DNA of 64,000 bases from the NCBI RefSeq assembly GCF_021869535.1, contig NW_026262712.1, positions 79,360,001 to 79,424,000 on the forward strand. Direction: 5' to 3'. A model generated the notes under the pieces. That model saw only the letters and a program-made list of their open reading frames with translations, was not told the origin of the DNA and made no database searches. Position numbers and translations under genes: made by a program. Each line of letters starts with the position of its first letter. The stretch's first letter is position 1. Below, piece after piece: positions 52,569-64,000 of the stretch. This DNA is from Mytilus californianus. Its lineage: Eukaryota.

Positions 52569-52812
52569 TTTCGAATACGTCGACTGCCCAAAAACGTTTT
52601 CCTGCTTCCTTGTACGATAGCTTACGAATTCAGATAACATTATTTTATGATTTTAACAATTTGATATCAACTCAACGATATATAAATGTATACTTTGACG
52701 TATAATGGTTTACATTTATAAATTGTGACTTGGATGGAGAGTTGTCTCATTGGCACTTATACCACATCTTCTCATATCTATATAACAAAAAAAAAACAAG
52801 AAAAGGTCCAAA

Positions 52813-53749
52813 TGTAAAGCAAAATTCTATCCGGATGAAATATCATCTGGGGGAAAAAATGTTACAGAAGTTGTTGTTATTTTTTTATCCGGAGGAAAAT
52901 ATTTCACTGTGATATATTATCCATTGCCGTGAAATTCTATCTGGGAAGTTAAAATATTGAATAGTTAATAAAAAAAACTTAATCTTTGCAAATACTATGT
53001 ACTAATAAAAGTGTAATTGAATATAAGCTAAATTAGTAAATAAAAACCAAATAAATGTATTATAATGGGAAATAATTTCACAGATTATAATTGAAAATAA
53101 TATCCTGAAATATTAAAGTAAATATCATTCTTTTAAAAGACAAATATCATGAAACATATGAAACAAAACCAGAAGTAATTTCACAGATCTTAATTGTGAA
53201 ATAATATCATGATCAATTTAATAAATAAAATAAGGTAAGTGAAATACAGGTAAAAGTGAGTTGTTTTCAGATCTCAGTACAAATAAAAAAGTAAAGCATT
53301 AAGGTAGAAATATGTTTTTTTTTAATCATGTGTTAAGTCATCTTTTTATATAAATTAATATAAAAAATTAAGAATAAAGGAAAAATTTCAATATGAAATA
53401 GATTCTGGTCTCTGGAATATAATATCTGTAAAATATAAATGGCTCATAATTGCCTCCCTTTGATTGATAAATTATGCAAATATGTTCTACCTTGGTGAAA
53501 CATTTATAATTATGGTCAGGTATATTTTGATTGCGAGTACCTTACATTGTAGACAGTGGGACTCTATTTCACAAGGTTCTGTGAAATATGGAACGGAAAA
53601 TATATACTGGTAAATACTATCCGCATAAGACAGATAGAATTTCACTCCTATGGATAAAATCTACCTGTGAAATACCATGTCTGGAAAAAAATTTCTGTGA
53701 CAAATTATCCCCAGGATAAAATATCACAGAGGAAGAAATAAACCGTTAC
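52813..53749. mobile_element. Putative non-autonomous TIR element with TGT...ACA ends (Ginger-like?)
   Basis: Ends tgtaa / ttaca; gtgaaattctatctg (~52929) is the exact reverse complement of cagatagaatttcac (~53632); several ggataa/ttatcc subterminal motifs; flanks caaa/taaa are imperfect. Confidence 0.45.
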
Positions 53750-53899
53750 ATAAATGCGTCTTTCAAAAAGATATAGATGCATACTATGAAAGACCGTTGT
53801 TGACATCGCTCATTTGAAATTTGACACTTCAGATTCACAAATCAACATTAGTCAGTTCTAAAGGAATCATCTTTAATATCATGAATAACCCTTTATACC

Positions 53900-54420
53900 G
53901 AATGTTCTTATCTCTCTTAAATTATCATTTATATCATGAATCTCTCTACCACCCACCCACCCCTAATACCTCACGAATTAATTATATCTTAAGAATTATA
54001 CTTACGACCATAAATCACTCTTAATACCTCATCCTCTTATCACACTGTATTTATCCTGAAGACCATGTATCGCTATTCCAATTCATAATACCTCACCCCT
54101 TATCTTACTGGTGTTATATCTAAAACCATGAACCACTGTACCCATCCCTAATACACCGTGGTCTGTCCCTTAGACTATGAAAGTCTCTACCAACCCTGCA
54201 TACCTCATGGTCTTATCTGTCTGAAATTATCCTTAGGACCATAATTCACTCTACCCATCTTAAAACCATATATTCCATTCACTCTAGAATTATCATTTAG
54301 ACCTTAAAAATCACTCTACCCACCCTACTACCTCATGGTCCTGTCTCTCCATAATTTTTGTCTTAATCGCTCTACCAAGTTTGAACCCTTAATATCTCAT
54401 AGTCTTATCTCTCTAAAATT
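53900..54420. repeat. Degenerate minisatellite, ~60-63-bp unit
   Basis: Recurring aattatc...gaccat...cactctacc...aatacctca...cttatct elements at ~60-bp spacing. Confidence 0.65.
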
Positions 54421-56052
54421 ATTCATGTCCATGGATCAATCCTCATGTTTATCTTTTAACAATCAGTTTTTAACAGTTTAAACGTCATTTTTATTTTTTA
54501 AATAATTTTAGACCACCAGTAATATGCCAGAGCAAATACAAAATAGTTGTAAAGATTGGAGAAAAGAGTGTGTATACATTTCACACAGCTCGAACGTAGT
54601 TGTACAAATTGTGCTGCTTACATTTTGGTCTTGAAGGATAAATTAAACTTGTTATTATGCTGATAAATGGTTTCTTCAAAGTAACATGAGTTATAATAAA
54701 TTTTGATTTTTTAGATTACCGTATTTCCTCAAATATATGTTAAGATGTTTTATCATTTTCAATATTCTGGATCTTACAAAAAGGTGTGGATCACCAAGTT
54801 AACCCCAACAAACAACACACATTTTATTATTTTGAAATTTAAGAACAACATAGCATTACCTCCTTTTAATAGCATTTTTATATAACGTTTTGTTTTCTTT
54901 AGCAAAATTCACTCTAGATATCCTGAAATAAAAAAATCACTGACACATGAAATACATAAACAGTAGAAAACATTACTTAAAAAAACACAACCGGTAAAAT
55001 TGAATCCATTGGTAGTTAAAATGTACCCTTGTTAGGATTCCGAGTGATTCTGAACGTTGGTGACGTAAGACCAAAAGACTAAATAGTTACTTATAGATAC
55101 AATTCGTATAATATCATTTGTGAATAAGCGAATGATTGGGGTTGTAACTATTTTAGAAAAAAAAAAATTTTGTAACCCTTGAACATTTGTAAATAACCCG
55201 ATTCGATCGAATATAACCATTAATTTTTTAGCGGATGAAAATCATTTCCTTTCCTCATTAAAAAAAATCAAATAATATTAAGAAGATGTGGTATGATTGC
55301 AAATAAGACAAATATTCACCAAACACCAAATAACGACGTAGATTTAAGCAGCTATATGTCACCGTATACATGGTTATAATTATACCATGCAAAACCCATA
55401 CTGTATTAAGCCAAAAAAGGCAAGGACTCGATCATCACTTTCAATGTTGTTTATTGATACTCAATTTCGTTAGTTTCACTTTGTACAGAATGTCCTTTTC
55501 GATTTAATAATCATAAATTTAACTTCAAAAATGCAACGAATTTCATCAAAAACTATGTTTATTCAATGTAAAGTTTGTGTTTTAAAAATAGATTTAAAAT
55601 TCTAAAATTAGATATTAGATTTCCTATTTCATGTTCTTATCATTGTTTTTATTTAAGTTATATAGTGACTCGAATACTTAAGCCTTTCTTGGTGAGAAAG
55701 ATATCTGCAAGGTAATGTCTTAAATGTTGTAAATGATGACAAAAATGTTTTAAAATTTTTTGGTAGACTCTACCGCTGGGTTGCTGCTGTTTGATTGACG
55801 AAAATGCCACGTGCGTAGCATTGTTTTTTTTTTTATTCCTAATCAGTTGTATAAGTGCATGCGCTCAATTTACCATAAAATAGTCTGACTGCATTAGTTA
55901 AGACCGATTTCCATGAGGTGAATGTATGTAAAGTATACAATGCAACTGACAACTATCGAGTTCGTTACATTTCCGTTAATAACTTTGGTTTGAGTGAACA
56001 TAATTCGTGCGTTCAGGTTCGGGGCCATAGGTGCTTGAGGAACTCCCCGAAG

Positions 56053-56336
56053 GGATCCTGTTATGAGCCCCCATAGTCCCTCCCCTTATTATCATAAATC
56101 TTAGATATTTCAATATATATCACTTATATGTACCATATATATATACTAATATACCATATTTTATTATGTTTACTTCGCTCTATAGTCGAGATTCACGTTG
56201 ATAGTAAACATGAATATTTAGAGTAAAAATATGGTATGTTAGTATATATATGGTGCAAATAAGTGATATATATTGAAAAATCTAAGATTTATGATAATAA
56301 GGGGGATGATAATATATGGGGCTCATAACAGGATCC
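56053..56336. mobile_element. Fold-back MITE with ~105-bp inverted arms
   Basis: ggatcctgttatgagcccc...cttattatcataaatcttaga...tatatcactta...ccatatt pairs with the reverse complement ending gggctcataacaggatcc. Confidence 0.8.
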
Positions 56337-57199
56337 TGTCCTTAATTACCTTTGTTCGGGGCATCGTCACTTCCTTGCCATGTTAATTAATCGAGCGGTT
56401 GTAAAAATATTTATCAATTATGGACTTTTGACGAGGTCAATACGTTATATATGGACCTGTTCAGATTATATTGACCGAGGACGAAGTTGTAAATAATGTA
56501 TTAGGAAAATGGCGTTCAATGTTCTTTCAGTGTATTTTCAAATTGTATTTTGCAAGAATTTTAACATGTTATTGAAACTATCAATATTTTTAACAACTTC
56601 ATAGTTTGTTACATTATAACTTTCTTGTATTCTTAGCGTCTACATTTAACATAAAATTCTTGAAATATCCTGATAAACTTGCAAATTTTCTTCTTGTCTG
56701 CTGCGGCGCTTCCTCTATGGTTGTTACGTGTGACGTCATGACGTCATAAATCTAAATTTGGCAAGATTTTTCTTATATTGACCGCCAATATACATATAAA
56801 TAGAAACATAGCGTCAATTTACCTAAAAATAGAAACAATTAAGGCTACGGTTACGTACAATAACCTTTGAAACATGTGATCGTAATAACCAATGAAAATA
56901 GTAGAATGCTACACCATATGTAATATAATGCTATATTGCATGAATAATGCGGCAAATCAAATTCTTGTTATTGATAATCAGCACATCTTTCATTGGGGGA
57001 CTGTGCATAATTACATGTAAGTACCTACGGAACAAGCATTATTTCTAGTTATTTCTGCAAAGTGAAGATAACGCCTGATGAAATTTAATAGTGCAGGGAT
57101 ACAGGCGATCTCCTCAACCTGGTTAATGACGTCATAAAGGCGCGCATAATTGACGAACTTTTCCGGTGAAGGACATAACTCGAAACTTAATAAATATAT

Positions 57200-58243
57200 T
57201 GTAACGCCGGCCTTCCCCCCTTTTTATAGTAAATCTATGTCTGTATAGTTTCTGGAAATTATTGAGGATAAACGATAGATGTTAGTGAGATGTCCAATGA
57301 TGAAAATAATATAATACCTATAATTTGTTATTTTGGCTGTTGTTTCAAGGATACGACAGATTTGTGTATGTTAGGAAGTTTTATTTCACGTACTGATTCC
57401 ATATTTTCGCGGTAATTACCTTGTTAGACTATATACTCAAATAAAACTCTTCTAATGATCTACTAATAAATTTAAAGTCAATTTGAAGATCAATCCATGT
57501 TTACCAACAATATCAACATTACGGGAATTTCCCTTATGTGATCCATGGTTGCCGATTGGTACAAGCTCTGTCATTTGTCGACAGTATAAAGCAAAAGCAA
57601 CAACAGAACCGGGAGAGTGTTGGTTTGACAAAGAACGGGAAGTGACAAACTTTAATAGAAGCTGGAATATGTCTGAGAAATACAGACAGGCGTTGAAAGT
57701 TAACTTTGTTTTAATTTAAGATTGTCGGTGCCGGTGACGGTGCTAAATACGGTTTTGGGTGCCGGTGACGGTGCTAAATACGGTTGTGGGTGCCGGTGAC
57801 GGTGCTAAATACGGTTGTGGGTGACCGCGACGGTGCTAAATACGGTTGTCGGTACCGGTGACGGTGCTAAGGTTGTGGGTTACGGTGCTTAGGTTTTGGG
57901 CGGTGGTGTTAAATAATATTGCCATTGACAGTGGTAAAGTGTTATTTTGCCTGTCTCGCTGAGCTCTACGGTTACCCCAGGGGCTAATGCAAGCTATGCT
58001 AAGTGTTAGAGTGCCCTTACCGTCCTACTAGGTGTCAGTCCCAGCTAACCTCGTCAGGTCCCAGATATCAGGCGCCTTGCCTTTCTCGTTCCGCGGCCAG
58101 AGAGACATGCACTCGAAGTAGAGGCTGGAAGTACCCAACTGTTACCCTTGTGTCATGTGTCCCTTCGGATCCCTCGGTGCTGTACTAGTACCCTCGTGAC
58201 AGGCTGGGGAAACCCCCTAGAACTACAGGGCAATTACACTACA
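57200..58243 (-). mobile_element. Putative 3' LTR (~1.04 kb) of the Gypsy-type element
   Basis: On the minus strand, the polypurine tract ggaggaggg (58244-58252) is immediately followed by TGTAG; the LTR ends CGTTACA at 57200. The 5' LTR is outside the window, so this cannot be confirmed by pairing. Confidence 0.6.
57725..57900. repeat. 31-bp tandem repeat (ggtgccggtgacggtgctaaatacggttgtg) inside the LTR
   Basis: Units start at 57727, 57758 and 57789; further copies are degenerate. Confidence 0.9.
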
Positions 58244-59211
58244 CCCTCCTCCATCTTAAAAAGGAGGAACTACAGTTCCGACAAAAACGACTGTAAAATC
58301 TTACAAAAACTCCCCAGGGGAAGACTGGCAGCGTTTTTTACTAACTCAACCATGACACAAGGTATCTAAAATACCCCCCTAAATCCTAGATAAGGGGGAA
58401 ATTGAACAAACTTAATCTTTCCCTAAGAAAAAAAAAATATTACCCTTGAAAATTCAGGACTGAACAGCTATCTAGCTATAGAGTATCCAAACTCCCAACA
58501 ATTTAAACACCAGAGTTGCCACAGGGTGCTAACCTAAACAGGTTCTTCAGGACAAATAACAGTCTAACTCCATGTTGACCATAGCCATATGCTATTCCAA
58601 CATATCAAGTCCTGGACACAGGTCTCACTACAAGACAATAATCTGCGTGCTCAACACGTCTAAAATCCCTGACTCTGTGTTATGTTCACATGCATGTACA
58701 TGTATCAACTGTTCAGACCTGAACTGACGGAAACATGATACTTCACAATATAAATGTACAATATAAAACAATCTTAAAGTCCTAACGACAAGTTCATTAA
58801 TACCGCCCTGAATTTCCAAATGAAATAACTTATATGTATACCCTTATACCTAATTTACAACCGACAAAATAATATATGTCTGTAATCCCATGACTGGGAA
58901 GGATGTACATGACCATAAATAATTTGACTCTTGTCAAAAATCCCACCTATATAGTGCATCTATATAAGGATACATTTAACTATTTTACTACTGTAATAGT
59001 TAGTACTTATACTATTTACATAATATCAGGATCATGACACCGCTCTTAATAATGGTTGCAACTATTTAACATATTTGTACACTTTACATGTGAGTGTGTG
59101 AAACAAAAAATTATTAAAAATCACATAAAATACAATAATGGTTCATACTCAACACAATTTCAAACGCGTTAAATCCCAATCTGGGAAAACTGTTCTGTTC
59201 TGACAATTTTA

Positions 59212-60408
59212 CTACTGAAGGCGCCTCACCTCAATGTGAGGACGGTGACCTAACAGGTCAAAGCATTCACTATCATCTAAGACTGTTCCTTCACAGATCT
59301 GTGAAACATTCCCACTTTCAGGGAACCGTTCTGTAACCACATTGTACAGTTCTGCCATAGAACTAACCCTTGACATACACTGCAAACCTTCATACTGTAT
59401 AACTACAAGTATTGGAACTTGAGGGCTCTGGATTGGCTTGAGCTGCGAAGAAGAAGGCTCTACCTGGGATTTAACTAGTTGTGAAACTTGGCGTCCCAGG
59501 AGAATTGCGGTTTCATTCTCCGGAGTATGTTGTGCATCTGTGTCATTGTCAGCAATATTGGACTGCAATTTCCTCTTTTTGCTAGATGTGTCAGTGTTCG
59601 AACTTTCACTCTCATAGTGAATTTCTTCTATTTTGTCCATTACTATGGTACGTTCTTTTTGTTCAGACTGAACATTGTCTTCCTCCCCTTCTTTTTGAAG
59701 GATTGCTGACTCAACTTGAGTTTTATTAACAAACATTGGCCAGAAACTGGCAAGTTCCTCAGGATCTGGAGGATTTCTAGGATTGTAGTTAAATCCTTCG
59801 GCTACCATATCTTGTTGTTCAGTGGTTAAAAAGTGTAGAACTGAAGTTAGGACTCTCCAGTTGAGTAAACAAGCAGGGCTGTCTATCGGTCTCAAGCTAT
59901 ACCTGAAATAATTTGTCCACCCCATCTCTTTACACACTGTACGATGAATTTGCATATGTATCCCTGTAACATGTATAGAACGAGGCATAAAAGACTTCTC
60001 ATTAAGGAAGTTCACCAAATCTTTGGCAGTCATTGTTTCCTGCCTGGTTAACCATTTTCCTATGAGCATAAGCACATAAGCTCTATGTTGGTGAAATCCC
60101 CTGTCGTTCAGGAGTCTTTTGGAATGATAGGTCTGAAAGATTTCAGAAAGATGTTCTTCAAAACAATGTCGTTTTACGTCTCTTCTATCTACCACTACTG
60201 GGCAGTTCTTTACAGGACATTTACGGTCTGTAAGACTTTGAACACAAGTCTTCTCCCTTTTCCCACTTTTAGGACAAGTATAAAACCAAAGGTTTTCTCT
60301 TGATTCTACCTTGATAGTACAGCACTGATCCTTACTGTCTCTACATTGACAAGGCTTTTCTTGTGTTTCTCTCTCATCAGATTCCTGGGTAGATGTCGAG
60401 GCCATCAT
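59212..60408 (-). CDS. Accessory ORF of the LTR element: C2H2-like zinc finger plus unknown helical domain
   Basis: Intact 398-aa ORF between the protease and the PPT, with CPVKNC-x11-H-x4-H and SPACLLNWRVL motifs; no RT, RNaseH or integrase motifs. Confidence 0.65.
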   Translation of the reverse strand: MMASTSTQESDERETQEKPCQCRDSKDQCCTIKVESRENLWFYTCPKSGKREKTCVQSLTDRKCPVKNCPVVVDRRDVKRHCFEEHLSEIFQTYHSKRLLNDRGFHQHRAYVLMLIGKWLTRQETMTAKDLVNFLNEKSFMPRSIHVTGIHMQIHRTVCKEMGWTNYFRYSLRPIDSPACLLNWRVLTSVLHFLTTEQQDMVAEGFNYNPRNPPDPEELASFWPMFVNKTQVESAILQKEGEEDNVQSEQKERTIVMDKIEEIHYESESSNTDTSSKKRKLQSNIADNDTDAQHTPENETAILLGRQVSQLVKSQVEPSSSQLKPIQSPQVPILVVIQYEGLQCMSRVSSMAELYNVVTERFPESGNVSQICEGTVLDDSECFDLLGHRPHIEVRRLQ

Positions 60409-60462
60409 GCCTAGGTTAGACTCTACTTGAGGAATGACTGTTTCATAATGAAAATCAGCACT

Positions 60463-61250
60463 TTATCTGCTGAGTTGTGTGGCTGTGCACCTTTGTGTTG
60501 ACCCTTCTGTTCTGGGTTTCTCATCAGATGATGAATCTGAACCATGAACTATGTTGACAATTGGTTCATGAGCAGTATTATCATTCCCTAGGATTAAAGG
60601 CATGTTCCTGTTCTGTACAGTGATAATTAATTCTCCAATATTCAAGACAACTTTGTTATGTATGATAAAGTCACATCCCAGTATCATATCACATGAAACT
60701 GGAGCTACATACAGTTGTTGATTGAACTGCATATGTCCAATTTTGAACTTGATAGGACTAGTAAGCCTGCATGGCATTGTCATGTTGGTACCAGCACCAT
60801 ACATGGTGGTCTCCCTGATAACATAGGGATTAGGCTCCAAAGTGTCAAAAATTGTGTCCTTTAGAATAGTAACTTCAGAACCAGAGTCAACTAGAGCAAG
60901 TACTTTCTTTCCTGCAATATCTACTTCAACTCTGAAGAGTTTGGCTACTCCTAGTGATCTCACTGTACTGATTCCTGGTACTACTCCTTCAGAATCATAA
61001 AAATCATCTTTGTTAATCTCATTAAAAGATACTTGTTGGGATGTTGGCTCTTTCTGTACTGACTGACGACTGTCTGTGTCTTGTACATATAGGTCTGGAC
61101 AGTCTTTGATATAATGACCTTGCTTATGACAATTAAAGCATTCATTATTATAATAACCACGTCTGGTATATCTCCTGTCACCCGAATTATTCCTCCGCCC
61201 ACGACCTCGGCCATAATTACGTCTAGGCGATAATTGGAAGATCTGTTGTC
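60463..61250 (-). mobile_element. Gypsy-type zinc knuckle and aspartic protease (one reading frame)
   Basis: CFNCHKQGHYIKDC (61099-61140) is in frame with LALVDSGSEVTIL and DMILGCDF. Confidence 0.9.
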
Positions 61251-64000
61251 TTGGTTAGGTGACCTAGAGATGGTACTGGTTCCCTGTGTGGCTGATTGTT
61301 CTTGAACCAAACTGGTTACTGTTGACATCATTTTCTCTATATATTCCACTATGCGGGAGAGACGGTTGTCCATACTGGACTTGTTGCTACCTACACCAAG
61401 AACTACTGGTGAGTTACCTGGCTTCTCTGAACTAGATTCAACTGCCTTCTTGCCAGTTTTCTGAATGGCACTGACTGCCTTTCTAGTGTGCTGACACCAT
61501 CTTATCATGTCCAAGGCTGCATCCATAGACTTAAGTTTTGAGATACAGGCTTCTGTTCCTGCAACGGTATCATTGCAACCCTGGCAAAATCTCATAATTG
61601 CCTGTTCAGTCATTAGTTGTTCACTGTATCTGCTGTAGGCTCTAGTGGCAAGAGATAATACTCGTTCCGCCTACTCCTCCAATGTTTCTTTTTCGCCTTG
61701 GGCACTTGTCTGGAACTGGACCTGTGAGGTTTCTCGCAGTTCTTGATGACCAAATCTCTTGTTCATATTGGATATGATATCAGTAAAACTCGCTGTTTTG
61801 TTGTTTTCCAGCATTAAGGTGTAATACTCACTGGCTGCATCATCTAGACACCAACAGAGATGTTCCCTTTTTTGTTCATCAGTCGACTCGGCAATTTTAG
61901 CATAACCAGAAAATTTAGTATAAAAGGCTTTCCAGTTGCCTTTCCCACTATAACGGAGCGTTTTAGGAATTGAGGACAGAAGTTGTCTCTTCTCAATCTT
62001 TTTGGTTTTCTTTGACTGACTCCTCGAATGTCGACTGTCTGTCTCAGATTCTGATTGCGACTCTCTAGCAGTAAGGCTTCTCCTAGAACTATGTCTACTA
62101 TGTGCTGGAGAGGTCCTTGCACTTCTTACTGGCGAGAAGTCTTGGCGTGAATTATCACGAGTTCTATAGTAAGCAGGTTCTGACCTTCTCTTATTCCTGG
62201 TCTGGCGGTATGGTGAAGCATCTGACGTGTCAGAATCACCTGTATAATTATGACCTGGATCACTTCTGCGTTGTCTCTCATAATAATCACTATTATAAGG
62301 ATATTCCTTCGGCCTGGCTGAAGGTTGGTTGTAATGTGTCTGTGGTGCTCCTGATGATGAGGTTGCTGCTGTTGCACAGGTAATGTGTGTGACTGTGGCT
62401 GATAGTTACTTGTGTCTGGAGGCCTTGAAAAGGTAGACTGGCCCACGACTGGGTACGTTACACTAGACATGTTTTGTTGGTGAAAGGACTGTGTTGGTCC
62501 TTGTGCTGGTGGTCCACCCATAGGAGGTTGAAACATAGAAGTTGGGTGACAAATCATTATAGGTGGTTGGGTCCTTGGTACAAAACTTGGTGGTTGGTAC
62601 CCTGGTTGTTGATAAACGGTTTTTTGTTGATTTGGCTGCTGTTGAGGTAAGGAAACCGGTGCTGCAGTAGGATTTTGTTGTTGTATAGGTTGTGCATAGT
62701 TGTTGACCCCAATTTGAAGCTGGGCTAGTAGTTGGTGTAGGCCTTGTACCTGTTGTTGCAATTGCACACCTTTTTTGAGCTGGCAACATTGGTTGTTGAA
62801 CCTTGTTGACACTTGGTTGTTGGTTGGTGGAACCAACCTGATATTGGGGTACCTGTTGATGACTCGGTACATAAGTCTGAGATTGTACCGTTTGTTGTTG
62901 AACCCTGTTGACACCGCTTTGCATGTTGTTAATACTAAGTTGGTATTGATTAGTTGAAGGTATGGCTGTTGAACATTTTCCCTGTGTACTTGGTTGAAAA
63001 TGATGGGATGTAATATCCTGTTCTTGACGGTTGTAACCTTGTATTCTTGATTCTGTATGCTGAACATTCGGTGAGAAGTGAACATGATCAGAAGGAAACC
63101 TTTCTGGTTGATACTTGTTGAAGTCGTGTTGTTGACCTACATGGTGAATTGGCTGTTGATGTTCCACCAATTTGTTGGATATTGGTGGAGGGCTGTGAAT
63201 ACCAGATGTCTGATGTACATGCTGGTTGAATTCTGGTTGACGGTGGTAGTCATCATGTTGAATAGGCGGTGGGAATGGTTGAACACGTTCAACTGTTGGC
63301 GTGTCAGGTTGGTATATATCCCTATGTTGTTTTACAGGATTTTCACTAGTTGACGACGTGAGATATGCAGGTGAAGCCTGTTGAAGGTTGCTGCCTACCT
63401 GTTGATCTTGTTGACGGTAGATGTTGTCATGTTGAACACTTGGTGGAAAGTGGAGAACATGGTCACTTGGCATTTCATCAGTCGTCACAGTTAATATATC
63501 TTGTTGATGGTTGTTGTTGACTGGTTGAGGTCTGTTGATAACCTGTTGGTCTATTTGTTGAAAATTTGGCACAGGTGGTACTTGTTGATTCTCAACTAGC
63601 CTGATATCATGGCTATGTGTACTCAGGTCTAGAACTTGTTGCCGCTGTAGGCTGTCAGCAAAATGTTGTTGTTCTTGTTGGTGTTGAACAACCATATTGG
63701 TCCGAGGGGAAGGTGTCAGACTATCCCTATCCGACACATCACTGAGATGTTCCAGCTCACCGAGCAAACTATCTATTTCACCAGACACCTTCTCTATCTC
63801 GGACTCAAGGACTGATTGCATTGCAATAGGTGAGATTGTTTGTCTGAAATCAGGCTGTTCAATCGATTTCAGGTGTGGTTTGACCTTATAGGAACCTGTG
63901 TGTGTGGTGTCCCTATTAGCATGGTGTTCTTCAATCCAATTACTGACCTTATTACCAAAATTGCACATCTCTGCAATCTTATGCTTGTTCTCCTCATGTT
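61250..64000 (-). mobile_element. gag: Gypsy-type gag with long Gln/Pro-rich and Arg/Ser-rich N-terminal extension; frameshifts and a premature stop
   Basis: A frame not shown in the ORF track reads IPKTLRYSGKGNWKAFYTKF...HLCWCLDDAASEYY...KRFG...ETLEE*AERV...AIMRFCQG, a Gypsy capsid-like domain (TAG at the usual W). The Q-rich ORFs 62463-63968 and 62126-63085 lie upstream. Confidence 0.8.

Noticed and set aside
53900-57900. Regularly spaced short repeats as a CRISPR-like array
   Set aside because: Units are contiguous or degenerate without unique spacers, there are no cas genes, and the context is eukaryotic.
62765-62785. A-run frame change in gag as a programmed ribosomal frameshift
   Set aside because: The element has several other lesions (a second indel and a TAG in the capsid), and the site is not at the gag-pol boundary; a homopolymer indel or sequencing error is more likely.
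1180-63891. Numerous 60-100-aa ORFs, mostly on the plus strand, antisense to the gene copies, LINEs and gag
   Set aside because: Shadow ORFs or repeat-derived frames with no recognisable motifs.

Overview
AT-rich eukaryotic (animal) genomic DNA. The dispersed-repeat families look like those of bivalves, most likely Mytilus; this is inference from recalled sequence, not a database search. The window is dominated by a head-to-tail tandem array, all on the minus strand, of six copies of one apparently intronless, uncharacterised gene family. Each full copy encodes an ~120-aa N-terminal domain (MKLxPxEIFFSQDSI...IPxIxxV...GKFYTxDNRRLWVF...KFTTxNxGxSIxIR...DPGG..WRTW) whose DNRR motif resembles the ParB/sulfiredoxin DGxRR signature. 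This is followed by a variable number of ~97-107-aa Ser/Lys/Thr-rich repeats and a shared 3' tail. Only one copy (B, 14451-17396) has a long intact ORF. Copies A (<1-3163), E (~7000-7860), C (~25650-32373) and D (~49470-52568) are disabled, and F (~40200-41290) lacks the N-terminal domain. Interspersed are two degraded LINEs on the minus strand, an L1/Tx1-like remnant on the plus strand, a Gypsy-type LTR element with gag-protease and an extra zinc-finger ORF but no RT/RNaseH/integrase, several MITEs, minisatellites and dispersed repeats. One LINE carries a 2A-like GDIESNPGP peptide split by a TIR transposon. No rRNA, tRNA or CRISPR array is supported.
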